Source: Macrostomum lignano | Lineage: Eukaryota | DNA: 64,000 nt | Assembly (NCBI GenBank): GCA_002269645.1 | Contig: NIVC01002158.1 | Coordinates: 62,001-126,000, forward strand | Direction of reading: 5' to 3' | In this document: positions 60,808 through 64,000 of the stretch, in pieces | Numbering within the stretch: the stretch's first letter is position 1 | Layout of the letters: every line of letters starts with the position of its first letter | Position numbers and translations under genes: made by a program | The notes under the pieces: model-generated | Told to the model about the DNA's origin: nothing | Databases searched by the model: none | Seen by the model: only the letters and a program-made list of their open reading frames with translations

Positions 60808-60914
60808 ATACATTGTCATTATTTTAAACCACAAGCCAAACCAATCAAGTTAAATTGTTCAAACTGTTTTTACTGATTCGTTCCTTCCGTTCGTTTCGTG
60901 ACCTGGAACCTGTA

Positions 60915-61246
60915 AGTCCAACTTAATTCGATCTTCTTACACAAATGTCATTAATTTGACCGGTCAATCTCAAAGACAGGCGAGCCGCCATACTGATAGT
61001 CCAACTCAATTCGATCTTCTTACACAAATGTCATTAATTTGACCGGTCAATTTCAAAGACAGGCGAGCCGCCATACTGATAGTCCAACTTAATTCGATCT
61101 TCTTGCACAAATGTCATTAATTTGACCGGTCAATTTCAAAGACAGGCGAGCCGCCATACTGATAGTCCAACTCAATTCGATCTTCTTACACAAATGTCAT
61201 TAATTTGACCGGTCAATCTCAAAGACAGGCGAGCCGCCATACTGAT
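60915..61246. repeat. 83-bp unit x4, overlapping the 3' end of the minus-strand ORF
   Basis: agtccaact starts at 60915, 60998, 61081 and 61164. Confidence 0.95.
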
Positions 61247-61544
61247 TGCGCACCTGTCTAACAACGTCGTCCGTTCTTGGAGTGTTCAGGTAGGGCCGCA
61301 GAGTGCGCGTGAAGATGATCCGGTCGTTCACCAGCACATCGAACCGGTTGTGCCCGAACCTGTCCCGGTCGACTTCGAACCCCTGGATGGACATGTTGCC
61401 TGTGATTTTCTCAACGTAGATGCCGTGCACTAGCAGGTCGAACTGGTCTCGAAACGCCGGACTAAAGTGGATTTGGACATTCACGAAGAAGTCATCTACT
61501 TGGCTCACTGTTGAACTTTTTGGTTCGGTCTCGACTTTGCTCAT
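61200..61544 (-). CDS. 114-aa protein, probable Rdx-family (SelW/SelT/MIEN1-like) thioredoxin-like fold lacking CxxC/U
   Basis: gccATG, GC3-rich codons and an acceptor (tttctcag) 10 nt upstream of the ATG suggest a real gene with a 5'UTR intron. The pattern VQIHF..AFRDQFDLL...FDVLVNDRIIFTR...P..DDVVRQVR parallels MIEN1/SelW IVVEYCxxCGFEATYLEL...FEIEINGQLVFSK...FP..KDLIEAIR. Family assigned by eye. Confidence 0.55.
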   Translation of the reverse strand: MSKVETEPKSSTVSQVDDFFVNVQIHFSPAFRDQFDLLVHGIYVEKITGNMSIQGFEVDRDRFGHNRFDVLVNDRIIFTRTLRPYLNTPRTDDVVRQVRNQYGGSPVFEIDRSN

Positions 61545-62389
61545 GGCTTTTTATCTGAGAAATAATTGAAAAATCGAAATTATTTTTTTCGATTGGCATG
61601 CAAGTTTTTCATAGAGAAATACTAGATTTTCAGCGCTTCATGCTCATGTACATGTAGATAAATGTCTGGTACGTTTTACCACAAACAAATTATTATACAA
61701 GCAGATTTAGAGTGTGGCATCCATGCCTATTTTTGCTCAAATCCTCAAATTACATGCAGTATATTATTTAGTAAACTCTTTATATTCTTTAGTAAAAGTT
61801 GAATGTCTGCGCTGTAGGGTGGATGGCTAACTTCTTATAAATGTGTTCTCCAGCCAGGAATTCGACCACGTGTCTGGACTTGTCGGCGGGGCGTTGTAAT
61901 AAAGAAGCACACACCGAGCTTGAGTCCTTGGTGGGGGGCTATTGGTGGGAGGGCACATTGCACATGTTTTTTTTTAATTTACGGGCACCCTAACTCCTGC
62001 TGTTATGTCAGTTATGACACTAATTGAGACAACCAGGCCAATATTCAATTCTGTGTTGGAAGTGGCCAAAAGTCTGAAAAATGCACAAATGCACTGTACT
62101 AACAGTTTATTTAGTAAATATCTCAAATGAATAAAATTGCCAGGGCAAGACCAGTAATTTTCTGGATCTCTTGGCTGCCTCCTTCAGTTCCTCTTGGCGC
62201 TGTCTCTTTATTCTTTTATCTGACGCCATTTTTAGTGCTTTTAGTTGCAGCGCCAGAAGCGGTTTAAGTCTTGGGATTTGCGGCGGACACGGAATTTGAT
62301 CAGATATGCCAAAGTAAAAGGGATTGAGTCCTTTGAATCTTCACAATAGCAATCCGGCCCGCTCGATGTTCGTGTCTCTTCTCAGCTCT

Positions 62390-64000
62390 CTTCCCTCATC
62401 TCTCTCTTCTCATATTCTCCTGTCCTCTCCTCTCCTCTCCTCTCCTCTCCTCTCCACTCCTCTCCTCTCCTCTCCTCTCCTCTCCTCTCCTCTCCTCTCC
62501 CTTTTCCTCTCCTCTCCTCTCCTCTCCTCTCCCTTTTCCTCTCCTCTCCTCTCCTCTCCTCTCCTCTCCTCTCCTCTCCTCTCCTCTCCTCTCCTCTCCT
62601 CTCCTCTCCTCTCCTCTCCTCTCCTCTCCTCTCCTCTCCTCTCCTCTCCCTTTTCCTCTCCTCTCCTCTCCTCTCCCTTTTCCTCTCCTCTCCTCTCCTC
62701 TCCCTTTTCCTCTCCTCTCCTCTCCTCTCCTCTCCTCTCCTCTCCTCTCCTCTCCTCTCCTCTCCTCTCCTCTCCTCTCCTCTCCTCTCCTCTCATCTCC
62801 TCTCCTCTCCTCTCCTCTCCCTTTTCCTCTCCTCTCCTCTCCTCTCCTCTCCCTTTCCTCTCCTCTCCTCTCCTCTCCTCTCCTCTCCTCTCCTCTCCTC
62901 TCCTCTCCTCTCCTCTCCTCTCCTCTCCTCTCCTCTCCTCTCCTCTCCCTTTTCCTCTCCTCTCCTCTCCTCTCCTCTCCTCTCCTCTCCTCTCCTCTCC
63001 CTTTTCCTCTCCTCTCCTCTCCTCTCTCTTTTCCTCTCCTCTCCTCTCCCTTTTCCTCTCCTTTCCTCTCCTCTCCCTTTTCCTCTTCTCTCCTCTCCTC
63101 TCCTCTCCTCTCCTCTCCTCTCCCTTTTCCTCTCCTCTCCTCTCCTCTCCTCTCCCTTTTCCTCTCCTCTCCTCTCCTCTCTCCTCTCCTCTCCTCTCCT
63201 CTCCTCTCCTCTCCTCTCCTCTCCTCTCCTCTCCTCTCCTCTCCTCTCCTCTCCTCTCCTCTCCTCTCCCTTTTCCTCTCCTCTCCTCTCCTCTCCCTTT
63301 TCCTCTCCTCTCCTCTCCTCTCCTCTCTCTCTCCTCTCCTCTCCTCTCCTCTCCTCTCCTCTCCTCTCCTCTCTCTCCTCTCCTCTCTCTCCTCTCTCTC
63401 CTCTCCTCTCCTCTCCTCTCCTCTCCTCTCCTCTCCTCTCCTCTCCTCTCCTCTCCTCTCCTCTCCTTTCCTCTCCTCTCCTCTCCTCTCCCTTTTCCTC
63501 TCCTCTCCTCTCCTCCTCTCCTCTCCTCTCCTCTCCTCTCCTCTCCTCTCCTCTCCTTTCCTCTCCTCTCCTCTCCTCTCCTCTCCTCTCCTCTCATCTC
63601 CTCTCCTCTCCCTTTTCCTCTCCTTTCCTCTCCTCTCTCTTTTCCTCTCCTCTCCTCTCCTCTCCCTTTTCCTCTCCTCTCCTCTCCTCTCCCTTTTCCT
63701 CTCCTCTCCTCTCCTCTCCTCTCCACTTCTCTCCTCTCCTCTCCTCTCCTCTCCCTTTTCCTCTCCTCTCCTTTCCTCTCCTCTCCTCTCCTCTCCTCTC
63801 CTCTCCTCTCCTCTCCCTTTTCCTCTCCTCTCCTCTCCTCTCCCTTTTCCTCTCCTCTCCTCTCCTCTCCTCTCCTCTCCTCTCCTCTCCTCTCCTTTCC
63901 TCTCCTCTCCTCTCCTCTCCCTTTTCCTCTCCTCTCCTCTCCTCTCCCTTTTCCTCTCCTCTCCTCTCCTCTCCTCTCCTGTCCTCTCCCTTTTCCTCTT
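62390..64000. repeat. (CTCTC/TCCTC)n pentanucleotide polypyrimidine array, running off the window
   Basis: Direct inspection; source of the 438-aa ERRGE pseudo-ORF. Confidence 0.98.

Overview
Eukaryotic (animal) genomic DNA. GC3-rich exons, intronic minisatellites and DNA-transposon fossils suggest an invertebrate such as a macrostomid flatworm (inference only). The window is dominated by one + strand multi-PDZ scaffold gene of the MPDZ/MUPP1-PATJ/INADL family. I reconstructed 24 GT-AG exons (3884-58852) with fully phase-consistent junctions: 7002 nt, 2333 aa plus stop. They encode 12 PDZ domains that match MPDZ PDZ2-PDZ13 in order; no L27 or PDZ1 was found in the window. Phase-compatible extra exons suggest modular isoforms: an internal micro first exon directly before PDZ8 (CIPP-like), a Cys-Cys-bearing first exon, a cassette exon, and a terminal exon after PDZ11. 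The PDZ5-PDZ6 linker carries two AKAP-like amphipathic helices. A small convergent minus-strand gene (61200-61544) resembles an Rdx/SelW/MIEN1-fold protein lacking the CxxC/U motif. Introns hold about 30 micro- and minisatellite arrays, a decayed EnSpm/CACTA transposase, a hAT-type MITE with 8-bp TSD and a mariner-type MITE with TA TSD. No CRISPR arrays, rRNA or intact tRNA genes were found. All family assignments come from remembered sequence motifs, not database searches.
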